64,000 nucleotides of DNA. Source: the human T2T-CHM13v2.0 reference genome, Homo sapiens. Position 1 is the stretch's first letter, and the number at the start of each line of letters is the position of its first letter. Position numbers and translations under genes: made by a program. Under the pieces are notes generated by a model. That model saw nothing but the letters and a program-made list of their open reading frames with translations. It made no database searches and was not told the origin of the DNA. Shown here one piece after another: positions 28,262-41,875 of the stretch. The stretch is taken from assembly GCF_009914755.1 (NCBI RefSeq), contig NC_060932.1. The stretch is one strand, 5' to 3'.

Positions 28262-29549
28262 TAGTGAAAGAAAAAATGAAACATAAATAATTGAATGACA
28301 GCCATATTTTTTCCACGAGGCCTTCTCAATACTTCTGTAAGCTACAGAAGTTATGAACTTGTATCTGAAGGATATAAACAGCACATGGTTTTATGTACTA
28401 CTCCTATTTTATCATTAGCAGCCTTTCAAAATAGTTGCTGACTAAAAGCAGTATGGTTATTTGACATATGTAAGAAAGTGACAAATTCAACAAGTGAATT
28501 TGTATTGAAATACGGAAGGTCAGCAGACACGTGTATAGATCACATCAATGGGTTAATCAACTCATAGATATGTTTAAATATGTTTCATATGTTTATAACT
28601 AACTATAATTATGGTTAATAATATAATGTATTTCGTTTGCATATAAAGGAGGTAACCACAGTTCTTAAAACTTGAATTACTTTTCTCTGTGAAATAAGAC
28701 AGGTAGTAAGAACATTTTGTGGATGTGAAACTGAAGCAACATATTAAGTGACTTTCTCAAGGTTTCAGAGTAATATTAATTATGAAATAAAGACAAAAGT
28801 TAGTTCATTGTTTAATAGTGTGGTGATGGTGCCTTTGTAGTAGGAAAATTTCTTTTTAAATTTATGGCTATATTCTATATAACAGCTATTTCCATAGGGA
28901 CTACATTAGGATGGCAAATTTATGTACTTCATATGTAATATTTTTACTTTTTACTGAACTGAGCTGACTGCTTGTTTAATAAGATCTCACACATTTATGC
29001 CCAATTTCTAGCTTTTACATGTTAATCAATATGAAGTGCTACTGAAAAATTTTCATAACATAAACAATTACAAAAGTAAAATAAATTTAAACGCTTAAAT
29101 GTGATCTCTTCAAATCGATCACATAGGCAAAGAAGGAATAATCACATATTGGATTCCTAGATATAAGATAATCTGCTATTTTCAAATGATCATATAAGAA
29201 AAACACAAGTAAACAAATTGTAATTCACTGCTAACTACATAGATATAGACTATAAGTAACTCTATTGGCTATATATTGTCCGACTGTAGGCCACCTGAGG
29301 ACAGAGACCATATTTATTTTTTTACTGTAAAATGCTGGCCTCGGTGTCTATCATTAAATTAACATTTGCTAATTATATAACCATAACAGATAGAGGAAAA
29401 GTGGTATTTGATAATAGTCTCTCCTTAATGCATTTCTCTCTGGGCTTGGTTCTAGACTTGAAAGAAGATGTCAAAGCTTTAATAAAGAACTCTAATGATG
29501 GTGTCTACCATATGGAAGCAGACAAGAAATGAGCTAGAGTCTAGGAGAC

Positions 29550-30165
29550 TCTGAGTTTTCTATTGCTACTGTAAAAAATTACTACAAATGTAGAGGCTCA
29601 AAACAATGCAAATTTATTATTTCATACTTTCTTAGATCAGAAAGAAGTTCAGACACAGTGTGGCTCAGCTGGTTCTCTGCTTAGAATCTCACAAGGCCAA
29701 AATCAGGGTGCTGGCAGGACTACATTCCTTTCTGGTGGCTCTAGGGATGAGTCCTCTTCAAACTTGTTTAGGTTGTTGGCAGAATTTCCATTACATGTGG
29801 CTGTGGGACTAAAGTCCGCATCTCCTTGCTGCCTGTAAGCTGAGGGTCATTGTCAGCTCCTAGAGCTGGCCTGCATTACTTGGCTCATGGGACCCTTCCA
29901 TTTTCAAAGCCAGCAATGGTGAGTCAAGTCCCTCTTGTGTTTTCAGCCTCTAATCTTTTCCACCTTGTCTCCCGTTTGTTTCTTTCTTCTGAAAAAACTG
30001 TGTAACTGACTCTTCCCGCCTTCCTCTTTTAAGGAGTCAATTATATTAGGCCCACAGGGATAATCTAGGACAAGCTCCCAATGTTAACACCATTACCTAG
30101 TCTAGTGTTTGAATAGCCACAGGATGGAATCTTGGGGGAACATCTTTAGAATTCTGCCTACCATA
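29550..30165. mobile_element. MaLR MLT1 solo LTR
   Basis: agttttctattgctactgtaaaaaattactacaaa...ggctcaaaacaatgcaaatttatt...aaggccaaaatcagggtg...gaattctgcctacca. Confidence 0.8.
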
Positions 30166-31289
30166 CAACGTCAGCAACAGTAAGCCATATTATATAAATG
30201 AGTTTATTTAGTTTCACATCAAAATCTACATTTTGTTGTTGCTGTTGATACTACATGCTTTAGTGAGTTCGTATTTAACTGTTCCAATTTTTCTACTACG
30301 CTTCAGGGAATTAAGAAAAAGTTTGTACACCCAATCATGCATACTTAAAACAGATTAGAGGAGGAATATACCAACATCGTGGTAGCAACAGCAGTTAGAA
30401 AAATCTCAAAGTAGTTCTTGGATAATAAGAGAAATTATGCTCAGGATGTGCCTCTCTAGGTGGAAATTCTTACACCATTGCTAACTTGGGAAAATCTGAA
30501 TTTTTATTTCATTAAGTAGAATGAGAGTATCTTTACCATTGCTAAAGAATATCAAGATAATGAGCAATTCCTAGACATTATCTGAACTGATGGGCTTAAT
30601 TATTGAACCATAGTCCTGGTATAATCAGAGACAGTGGCCTTTATTTTTTGTCTGTAAGTCATTGAACATAGGGAGCCTGGGCATAACAATAAGAATACCT
30701 CAGGTTAATCTATAAAAACTTCAAATAGATGTCTCCTATGAATTAAGAATCAGGATTTTCTTGGTTATATTCTTATTTCGAGGACAGCAAAATGGGGATT
30801 TTAATAGTTTGGTAATAGCAACTGCATGAAATATCAGTGCAATGAAATAATTAGATTTCTATAACTATAAACTTTTTGTAATCCCTCAATTCTTCATACT
30901 TATGCTTATTATCTTATTAAGGATTCTAAGAAAACATTTCCTGGATTTGTACAGAAAAATATGACTTCATTGTTCTGACCAGTCTTTACTAATAATAATG
31001 CACAGGAGAATCCATTTTCACTTGATAAAATATGGGATTTTGTGAATAATTTTATATAACCACTAATTATTTACTACACAAAACTTTCTTCTCTGAAATT
31101 TACATAATATCTATTTTGTGCTTAGTAAACTTAGCTACTGAAGTTAAGTGGCTCAGCTAGGAAAATGTAGTAAAATAACAGCAAATTATTTTCAAATTGT
31201 AAATCTCTAATGAATATACACCTATTTATAATTATTACCTTGTTTTTTTTTTCCAGGAAAACATGCATCAAAAATATTCCCTTTTCTGT

Positions 31290-31930
31290 GTTTTTAATTT
31301 ATAAAACCAATATCTGCTTTTATTTTTAAAAAGTCAAAATAATACAAATACCTATAATAGAAAATAAAAGTTGCTTCCTTACTTACCTACCTCCTCTGCT
31401 TTTATCTCATCTCCCAAAGATAACCCCTGTTAACATTTTGCTGCATAATCATACAGACTTTATCATACATTCCAGTATGTACCCTCCACATGTTCTACTG
31501 CAATTTGCTTTCTGTTTTTCACTTAAAAATATAATTTAGAGTCTTTACATGTCAGTACATAAAGATCTATCTCATCTTTCAGGGAACTCTGTTGAATGCT
31601 CTTCTACTGCATAGATTTAATGTAATGCTCTATTGAAGGGCATTTAGGCTTTTCTATACAATGCTACCGTGAACAAACTTGTACTGACCTAATGTATGTA
31701 TGATTTATCTGTAGGATAATTTCTGCAAATAGAATAACTAACTAAAAGGGCATGCTCATTTTTAATTTTGAAAAATATTGCAAATTACCCTCTAAAAGTA
31801 TTATACAATTTACATCCTCTCAGAGAGAATATGAGAGAACTTATTTTTGCCCACTCTTGGCCATGCTAGTGTAGTATTTTCTTAGTGAGGTTTTTTTTTT
31901 TTTTAATCTTTGCCAATCTGGTACAAATTT
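31290..31930 (-). mobile_element. Very old L1 (L1ME-like) fragment
   Basis: ataacccctgttaacatttt...tctattgaagggcatttaggc...tattgcaaattaccctctaaaa...tacaatttacatcc. Confidence 0.55.
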
Positions 31931-33889
31931 TCATTTTCATTTTTTTCAGTACTCAACAACAGATTATTAATTGGAGCAGTTGGTTGAAATATGTTCAGAA
32001 AAGATATTGCATTTGTTCCCTGCTACTCCAGAAAGTAGATCAATATGACTAGCTGCTTTCTAAAAACAGGAAGGAGGAGAAGAAGCAATTTTTTCCTTCC
32101 CAACCCCAAATATGCGTTGTATGTTATGTTGTCAAATAAGAAAGCAAAATTAAGCTTTCATTTGTACTGTTGCTTTGTAGTTCTTTGAAGCATAGACTTT
32201 AATCTATGACTCATTGCTTTTTAAGGTCATTGCACTATTTAATGTATTAATATGACATTGGATCTTTTGCCAATCTAAAATCTTTTTCCAGCTATCAATA
32301 TTTTCAAAGGAATAAGAAGTAAATTTTTTAAATGTATTAATAAAGTAACTAGGACAAGGGCAAAAAAGTAATCAGAAGCAATGTTTATTAAGGGCTTTTA
32401 TGCCTGTAGCTTTCTAATTCTTCTCATTTAAATGTGCTACTGATTAAAAGTGGACAATATGAAGCATCATGAAAACAGAAAACCTTTTTACTTAAAGCAG
32501 AGTTTCCCGAAGTGTATCCTACAAAACAATAATTCTTTCGAAGCTATTTGGTATTAAGCAGAAAAATAAGGCTTCATAGTCAAATAAGTATAGAAGAAAA
32601 TGTGAGTTAAACAGTTTTAATCTGTTTTCTTAATTGCAGGACTTCATAAAGTCCTTTATTATGTTTATGTGCTTTGTGACTCTCCAAAAGCAAAATAGAA
32701 TAGGTGACTTTTTCCTGACTCACTTTGACCAAATAACCCTTTGTCTATTGAAGCATATCTTGGAATTAATAGTCCTTAGAGTATTTTGGAAAACATCTAA
32801 ACATCCTTAAATTTAAATTGCAGCATGTGTTTTTATGAAAAGATACACTTAGAAGTAGGTAAAAAAAATTATGATTAATTCAGCATTCTAAGATATTACT
32901 TGTGATCATTGTAGGGTCATAGAGAAAATAAGACTTTTCACCGTTAGGAATACCATGACCAAATCACTTAAGTAGGTAAAATCTTTAATCTGAGCCGTCA
33001 ACCCTTTCTGTTGTAATTTCATATTATGTATCCCAAACTTAAACTGTACTACTGAGTCCATTAAAAGAGCTATAATTATGGTAAAAATTTTGGGAAAAAT
33101 TATGTCAAGATAACAAAAATTCCACAAATGTTTGTTTAATTTCACAATTTTTCTCTTAAAAGTAATTTTATTTTAGATAATTTTGTACTATTGCTTTTGA
33201 ACTCTAAGGGGAAAAGAGTATAATCCAGGATTTTATGAAAATAATGGCACATTTTACTAAATTTACCAAATTAAAATTGAAAAAATTTGATTTTTATGCA
33301 GTAATCTTTGGGTAACATTTGTTGTATATAATTTTTTATGTACTTCGACATTTATAACCATTTATTTCTGAAGGAATATTTATGTTTACATAGCCTTTTA
33401 TTTCCCCTTAAAAGTTAATGATGCATTTTTTACAAATTAAAGTTACTACTACTCAAGGCAAATGTTAGATGTAGTTTGAGAATGGTAAAATATCCTTTCC
33501 TTGAATCCGATCTTAACTGGTAGACTTTTGCTTTTATGTTAGATCCATTTAGGACTTTTTTCCTTATGGAAATATTTTATATGATTTGAGGAATGTCATA
33601 TTTGAAAGTTATAATATTTGCCCTAGGGGATAAATATTTTAATGTACCATTATTGCAGAAACTTTAAATCCCACAAACTACTGTTAATATTAGGAATATT
33701 TTCTTCTAATCCATTAGCATGTTTTTATACAACGGGTTCTGTGTATATTCCAAATAATATTATGACACAAGTATATTCTTAGGTTATCACAGATATTTTG
33801 GCTACAAAAATAATCTGTCACGGAAATATAATACAATTTAATTAACATTGTACTTTTAACAATGTACTGAATTTAGAAAAATATCTTAT

Positions 33890-34295
33890 TTTTAACAGCT
33901 TTATTGAGATTCATACAGCACATATCTGCATATTTAAAATGTACAATCCAGTAGTTTTTAGTGTACTCAGAGATATGTACAACCATCTCCACAATTTTAG
34001 AACACCTTTATTACCTCAAAAAGAAACCGCATACCCTTTAGCTATTCCTCCCCCTCCTCATTTCACCCATTCATCCCTCCTCCCCTCACCTTAATCAACT
34101 ACTAATCTACTTTCTGTCTCTATAGCTTTCCCTATTCTGGGCTTTCATACAAATGGAGTCATATAGTATGTGGTGTCTTTGACTGGCTTCTTTCGCTTAG
34201 CATAATTATTGCACATCTCAGTTCACACCAGCAACATTTCAAGTGCTCAGTTGCCATGTGTGACTTCTGGTTGCCATCTTGGACAGTGTAGGTTT
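33890..34295 (-). mobile_element. L1MB 3' end joined to a MER33-like hAT fragment
   Basis: tttaacagctttattgagat...actaatctactttctgtctctat; then caacatttcaagtgctcagttgccatgtg...ttggacagtgtag. Confidence 0.7.
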
Positions 34296-37094
34296 AGACT
34301 CTATCGGTTTTATAGGTGTGCATTTTCTTCAGCCCTGGTTTTCTCCTCTATGAAGTGAAGATAATATCCATTTCAATAGGCTAAGATCAAGTTATATAAT
34401 TTGTGTGAAAGTATTTGTGCACTGTTTACAAATATTGATGATTATTTACTTTTAATATAAGCCATGGAACAGCTGCAGCTATTCCAGTGATCCAGCTAAA
34501 AGCACACTCTTCCTTTGAGATTTAGGGGAAAAAAAGAAATAAATGAGCCATTGAAAATGAATCCATAAGGATATAGAAGTGACTAAAACTTTTACCCATA
34601 TTAAATGTTGCTTGCAGGTCTGTATTCTGCTCTGCCTGATAGAGTACAACTTAACAAAATAAATCCAATCACTTAGCCCACTAGCTTTCTAAAGAATTAA
34701 ATTATCAAAGGGATTGCTTTCTATGGCAGAATTGATATAATTTTTCTAATTATTTAATCTATGTTCTGTATTAACTTTGGCTGTCAAGAAATTCAAAGTT
34801 AAATTTGCAATTCAACTATAGCAATTAAGTAGGACTTTATAATCTATGTATTTCTACTAATTTACATAATTATTTTATTATCTTTTTTACTTTATTTTAC
34901 CATTGTTTTTTCCATTTTTCTTTATTACATAAATCCATACATTTTGTAAAACCGGGAATATAAGTAGTCAGAGACAGAGATCATGCTATTTTGCAGATGT
35001 TTAAGGTTAATAAGATTGACATTCAAACTAGACAATTTTGAATACTAAAATACCAGTAACACCATAATGCAGAAGTTCCAGAATACCATGGGGGGGAAAA
35101 TGAGCATTATTTTGAAAATAAACTTTGACTTTTTTTAGAGAGAAAAATCTGAGTTATTAAGGAATATAGAGATGAAATTGTTAGGAAATACTGCAGGTAT
35201 TCATTTTTTAAAAATTGAATTCTGAACAGCTCATCAGAGTATAAAATAATATGATTTTATCTTCTGCCCCTAAGATCTACAACTTTTGTCATAACTGTTT
35301 GAGGTTAAATAAAATAAACTTTAGAGTTTATTTTTAAAAGTCTCGTTAATTTATGTATCATCACCATTAGAAAACTTCGGGGAAAGTGGTAGATCGACTT
35401 ATCTTTTAAATTCTGGACTAGAGTTTAAAACTGTGAAAGCAACATATTTTGGTAAAACTTCCTATAACACTTAATAGCAGCTTTAGATTATGGAGGTTTT
35501 CGAGGAAAAAACTTTTGTTCCTTTAATTGGTACTGAAACATTGTATTTTTTCCTATGGCCATGGTCTATAAACATGAAAGCATGGGAGTTGTCCACACAC
35601 CCCACAAAAGGAAAAGAACAATGTGCCATCTATGTCATAACTTGTGCTCTACCACAGTTATGTGGGAAATGTACATAATGTGATTTTTTGTCTTGAACAG
35701 GTCATCTACATGACCAGAGACAAACAAAGTAACGATGTTATTACATGAAATGTAAGACATAGTATTTCTGAGACTATATTTTCTCAAGTCATCATATCCA
35801 CACTCTACTTAGTTTGCTTATACTAAATTGGGTAATATGCCTCTAAAGAACAAAGACCTTGTCTTCTGTGTAAATTACTATTATTCTTAAGGTATCTATA
35901 CTCAAATTCATGTGTAAACATGTTTCATGTAATTTAATTACTTGTTACCCAGCTAGATTAAAAACTACTAGAGAAAACACTATTTATTATAACTCTTTTA
36001 CCTACCTCATGATATCTAAACAATGTTTTTATTGAAAAGCATAAGAAATATGTCTTGCTTGATTCGCCATAATATCCTTTCTGATAGTATCAAGGTGAAA
36101 TATTTCACTAACTATAGACCTCATTCTGTAGGATTTCTCTTTAGAACTGCTTCCAAATAGATTAAAGAAATTTCCAAAGGTTATTAGTAGTTGTTAGTGA
36201 ATGACTTTTATTTTGTTTTGTTTTGTTTTAATACAAAAAGATACAGTAAAAAAATCAAGATAACATGATGGACTTCCTAGAAATCCTTAGTAAATCAAAG
36301 ATTTGTAAATCAAAGATTTTTAGAAGTAATAAAGATCAAGTCAATTGACACTCATCTGCCTCCTTTAAAAAGTACTGTGTTTAGGAAACTTTTTAATACG
36401 TATGTACATATGTATCATGATAAGAAATTAGATTCTAGCAAAAATTTATAATAGGGAAGAAAAAGATAGAAATTTATGGTCTATGGAATGCTTTTTTGTT
36501 TGACTTACATTATTTTGGGTGTACCAATAGTACTAGCTAGCATCTGTTATGACTGGCGGGTTATAAAATATTTTCAGAGTTAACCCTAGTTTGTATGAAG
36601 CATAATTGCCTTGATTATATCTTTTTATTCTTATGAATAAATGAAACTGTTTAAATTTACAGTTACCTTTTCATTTCACACCAGGAACCTAATTTCAACT
36701 CAATAAGCCCTGAGAATAAGGCATACGATCTTGCTTAATTAAGCCAGTTATTAATTGCATTTCATAGTAAACAAAAATGATTCTTTATACTTGTATGTTT
36801 TTCCTTCCTGGTAATAGTGGGTTATATGTAGGTTTTTAACTGTCCTAGATCTCTGTAACCTTTCAAAGCTGTCAAATAATGAAGAGCTATTCAACATGCC
36901 AAATAATATATAGGTATTATTTCCAAAGGGCCAAAAGTGTTCACCTTTTCTAGGTTTGCCTGGATCAATGGTATCTGTAGCCAAAAATTCTGACAAGAGG
37001 CGCTAATGCAAATAGTAAACATTATACTAAAAGAGGGCCTTTGGCTATGTAGATAGAAATTAAAGAAATTTGTCATTAAAACTTCAAACAATAA

Positions 37095-37915
37095 AGTGAG
37101 CAAAGGACATGAATACACATTTTACAAAAGAAGACATACAAATGGCTAACAGATATATGAGACAATGCTCATTATCATTATCACTAGTAATTAGAGAAAT
37201 GCAAATTAAAACCACAATGAGATATTATATACACCAGTCAGAATTTCATTAAAAAGACAAAAAATAAGAGATGTTGGCAGGAGAAAAGGGAACCCTTATA
37301 CACTGTTGATAGGAATGTAAATTGGTAAAATCACTATGAAAAACAGTATGAAGATTTCTGAAATAACTAAAAATCGAATTACCATTCAATCCAGCAATCT
37401 CACTTCTGGGTATCTACCTAAAGGAGAAGAAATCATTATATCAAAAAGATACCTGTACCCATATGTTTATCATGGCACTATTTACAGTAGAAAAGATATA
37501 GAATCAACCTAAGTGTCTGTCAATGGATGATTAGATAAAATGTGATATATATACATATATATATGGAGTGGACCACTATTCAGCCATAAAAAAAGAATGA
37601 AATCAATTCTTTGCAGCAACATGAATGGAACTGGAGACTATTATCTTAAGTGAAAAAAGTCAGATGCAGAAAGGCAAATACCACATGTTCTCAGTTATAA
37701 ATGGGAGCTAACTAATATGTACACATGGACGTACAGTGTGGAATTACAGATAATGGAGATTCGGAAGAGTGAAGGGATGGATGACGAGAAATTACCTAAT
37801 GGGTACAATGTATATTATTTGGGTGATGAATACCCTAAAAGCCATGACTTCACTACTATACAACCTATGCATGTAGCAAAATTGTACTTCTACCTGGTAA
37901 ATTTATAGAAAAGAA
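37095..37915 (+). mobile_element. L1 (L1MA/L1PB-like) 3' fragment
   Basis: gcaaaggacatgaatacacattttacaaaagaagacatacaaatggc...gaaattacctaatgggtacaatgt...tgacttcaccactatacaa. Confidence 0.88.
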
Positions 37916-39751
37916 ACCTCTGAATGATGTAATAAACATCTAAAGCTTCAATATAAATTTATTGTTTTATTCCTAACTAAATATTTTCTTAGCTAAAATA
38001 TTTCTACTACTCTTTACTCCGAGGGGTTTGACTTCTAGCAATGCCAGGGTAGAGGATACAGTGTGCAGAAACAGTTGGGGAGAATTAGTAGCTCCCTTTG
38101 TCTATAGGTCTGACTACCATGTCACTTCATTCTCAGAACTCCAGAGGCTCTCCATAGCCCTTCATGTTAATATCCCAGCCAGTGGCTTCCATATTAATGC
38201 CTTCCGCTAATTAAATCCTTTTGTCCTTTTAGGCCTCACCTACTCATAGATTGCTGGGTTCCAGTCCAGAGAGGGTCTCCTTACATAGGCAGATTTTTTT
38301 ACTTATCTGTATTAGAGAATATTTGATACTCCTCCTTGGCCTTTTGCCTATTCTAGGACCAAGTCAGGATCCAAAAGTAACATTTTTAACCTAAAAAGAC
38401 CAGACCTCTAGCATGACTGCCACAATCTTCTAGATTTCCTAAAGTGCAGGAAAATATATTGTTCAAAGGAAAATATGTCTTGCAGGAAAATAGAGGAAAG
38501 AACCTATTTGTACAAATAGGTTTAGGGAAAAAAAGGAAAGAAGATGGGAAAAAATAGTACTGACAGACTGAGAAATGAAACAAAGTCATAGTACTAGTCT
38601 CAAATCTCAAGTTATATGATTTTAATATACTTTGTCTTAGAAGCAGTCAACTGGTTGATTTTGGAGATGAGGTAATCTATGCAAAAGTCATTGTATGGTT
38701 CTTGCCTTTTCCTTCATGGATTTCATGAGGCAAACTCTTTGTAGAAATATAAATATGGAAACTGTTCTTATAAATTCCAAAATAATTCAGTGTAGGCACT
38801 TGGTTTGTTGTTTGAGGTTAATTCCTCTTCACTGTGAGAATTTCAATTCAGTGCTTATAATATGAACAATATAATGATGATAATAGTGTATTTGAGAATA
38901 AATCTCAAGCAACATAGTGATGTGACAGGCAAGTAGTGTCCTGCTGCTAGGGAAGTATCAACGCAGAATTAAAATAGGCTTAGAAAATAAATCTGTAGGT
39001 GAAACTGACACATTTCAAAGCTGACATCTTTTATTCTATCACTACATTCATATCTAGCATAGAAATGTGACTCTATTTTTGTTTAGATCTGTTCCTTCTT
39101 GAAAACTAAATCTCTTCCAACATTAAAAGCAACACACTTGTATTTCTTAAAGTTGTATTTGGAAGCATGAAATCCATCTTGTTTAACTGAAGTTTTTCCT
39201 CATATTCATATTTTTATTGAATTATTTAAATGATTTTATGATTAAGAGAATAAAATATATTTTAGATACATTGTTTACTGTTTAGAAATCATGAGATTCT
39301 ATAGTGGTAAGACCTTCCAAACTCTTTAAGACTTCAGCTTGATAAAATTTTTCAAGCTTGGTATAAAAAAATGTTCCTCTTAACAGTGGATACTTTTCAA
39401 GATCACACATATTTCTTAGTAATTTTTTCAAGAGAAGAGTTTTTTTAAAACTTCTTTATTGTGAAATAATTTATGGACTCACATGAAGTTGCAAAATTAA
39501 TAGTGAGAGTCTCATGAACCCTTCACCTAGCTTCCCTCAGGGAGTTGGGCTGCAGATATAACATAGGAGATGTAGAAGTAATCACATATAATAGTATTTA
39601 TAGTATGAGAATGGATGTAGCCTAACACTTTGTTCAATAGGACAATACTTAAATGATTGGTACTAAAGGTATAGAGAGTTCAGCTTGAGGGCCACTTTTA
39701 TTAGGGAAGGCGAAGTAGGAATGAAGAAGTGGGACTTTTAATGGTTTGTTC

Positions 39752-39819
<68 letters not shown>
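39752..39819. repeat. Perfect (AGAT)17 tetranucleotide STR
   Basis: 68 uninterrupted bases of AGAT. Confidence 0.98.
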
Positions 39820-41114
39820 GAAGTATAAAATCATCTAGATATAAAGTTGATCTTTCTAATTTTTTATCTAGAGCTATCCAGAGCTTAAAAATTTCTCAGT
39901 ATTCCCAGTATCCATTTCAATATTGTTTTTCTTTGAATCAGTAGTTTTTAATTGCTATGTATAATTCAAAAAGAGTATAATAAACATATCTAGTATCCAT
40001 TATATGCTAGGCTTATAGAATTTCCTAGATACCCAACTACAAATAAGATTTGTACATTTCCTGTGGGTGAAACACTCAAAATTTGTCAAACTAGGTATAT
40101 GCCCAATATAAGAGGTATTCAATGTTTTTTGTAGTAGGCATTGTGCAGAGATGTAGTATCCAAATTACAGTTTACTCTAAATGCATGGGAAATGGTTCAC
40201 AATATGTAAGCTTAAAAATAGGACACAAACTTATAGAGTATGATTCATTTTTATTATATTTAATTACAGGTAGTAAATATAACAAAATGTCATTTCCTTC
40301 CTTCAGGCAGTAAGAGTGTGGGGGTTTATTTCACTAGACTCTTCAGTATTTTCCAGGCTTTCTATGATAAACATATATTACTTTTAAAATTATACGTCTT
40401 TTTCTATTCTGCAAAGAAAGAAGCAGTAGTTGTATGGACTGGGACTGCTAGTGAGCATAACTAGCAGTCTTGTGAATTACAAATATTAGACTTTCATAAG
40501 GCTCACCAATGTCTACAAATTGTTCATCCTTCCATAGCTTTAATTGCTCTTCATAAGTTAAATTATGTTTTTTGTATTTCAAAAAATAAATTGTGAATTT
40601 ATTTGGTATTTCAAATTATTTTGTGTATTTCAAAAGTAAATTGTAAATTCTTAATAATTATTATTTTAAGAACAATAAGCAGCCAGACTTTTCTGTAAGT
40701 TATCCTGCAAGATGGATATTTCTATGGGAATCAAAGAAAGAAAAAGAAGCCCCCAATAAGTTTCGAAACAAGGAATGGGAAGAAGGTGCTGGAAAAGAGC
40801 ACCTGTTCTCTCCTTAAACCATTTACAGCTTTTGGCACTAGAGACACATTCCACCACCTACAAACACAGGTCTCTGATAGAGAATAAATCATTAGCCCTT
40901 TGTCATCAGAACACTAGTCTATCTTCCTGATCCAGGAATGGGACAGAACTGCACTCACTTAGGTGTGTCCCTTCACTTCTGTTACTCTCTTACTGTGTAA
41001 CTGAACCTAATATTTCCCTAGAGGTCCAAAAGAGTGAAATCACCAAAAGATCCTGGTGTAAACTCTGGAAAGTTTATCTAAACTGGATAGAGAAAGAGAA
41101 AGAGATAAATTCCA

Positions 41115-41245
41115 AATATATACATTATATATATATATATATTTATGTAAATATATATATATTTCAAATATATGTATACAATTCTAAATATATATTCCAA
41201 ATGTATATATAGTCTCTCTATATATACGCATTTAAATTATACATA
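41115..41245. repeat. (TA)n-rich low-complexity tract
   Basis: Interrupted TA repeats. Confidence 0.8.
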
Positions 41246-41564
41246 GTTTCCACAAAATGCAGAATAATGGCTACAAAATTATAATTTGAGGTAGTATATA
41301 TTTTAAGTTAATTATTAAATTACGAAGTAAACCAGTTTTTAATCTGAATCTCTGAAGACAGAAAAAAACCAATAATTACTTTGCTTCAGAGATCAAAATA
41401 GAATATCAGAGCTGGAAGGGACCATCTAATCCAACTACCTCATTGATTGAATCTTTTCACATCATCTTCAAGGGTCTCACATCATCTTCAAGGGTCATTG
41501 GCCTCTCCTAAACACCTCCAGTGATGGAGAATTCACTACTTAAAGATAAGAGTGACAGACACAG

Positions 41565-41875
41565 ATTACAGCATGGTGGCTCATGTCTGTAATCCCAACA
41601 CTTTGGGAGGCTGAGGGGGAGGATTACTTGAGGCCAGAAGTTCAAGACCAGCCTGACAACATAATAAGACCTTCTCTCTACAAAAAATTAGAACATTAGC
41701 TGGATGTGGTGGTACATGGCTGTAGACCTAGCTGTTCAGGAGACTGAGGTGGGAGAATCATTTGAGCCAAAGAGTTCAAGGCTGCAGTGGACCATGATTA
41801 TGCCATTGCACCTCAGCCTGTGACAGAGTGGGACCCTGTATCTAAAAAATATAAACTAATTAATTAAAAATAAAA
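41565..41875 (+). mobile_element. AluJ-age element
   Basis: ggaggattacttgaggccagaagttcaag...gttcaaggctgcagtg...atgattatgccattgcac; diverged, CpG-depleted. Confidence 0.9.

Noticed and set aside
40566-40650. Three copies of gtatttcaaa in AT-rich sequence
   Set aside because: Degenerate, irregularly spaced low-complexity duplication with no support for function.
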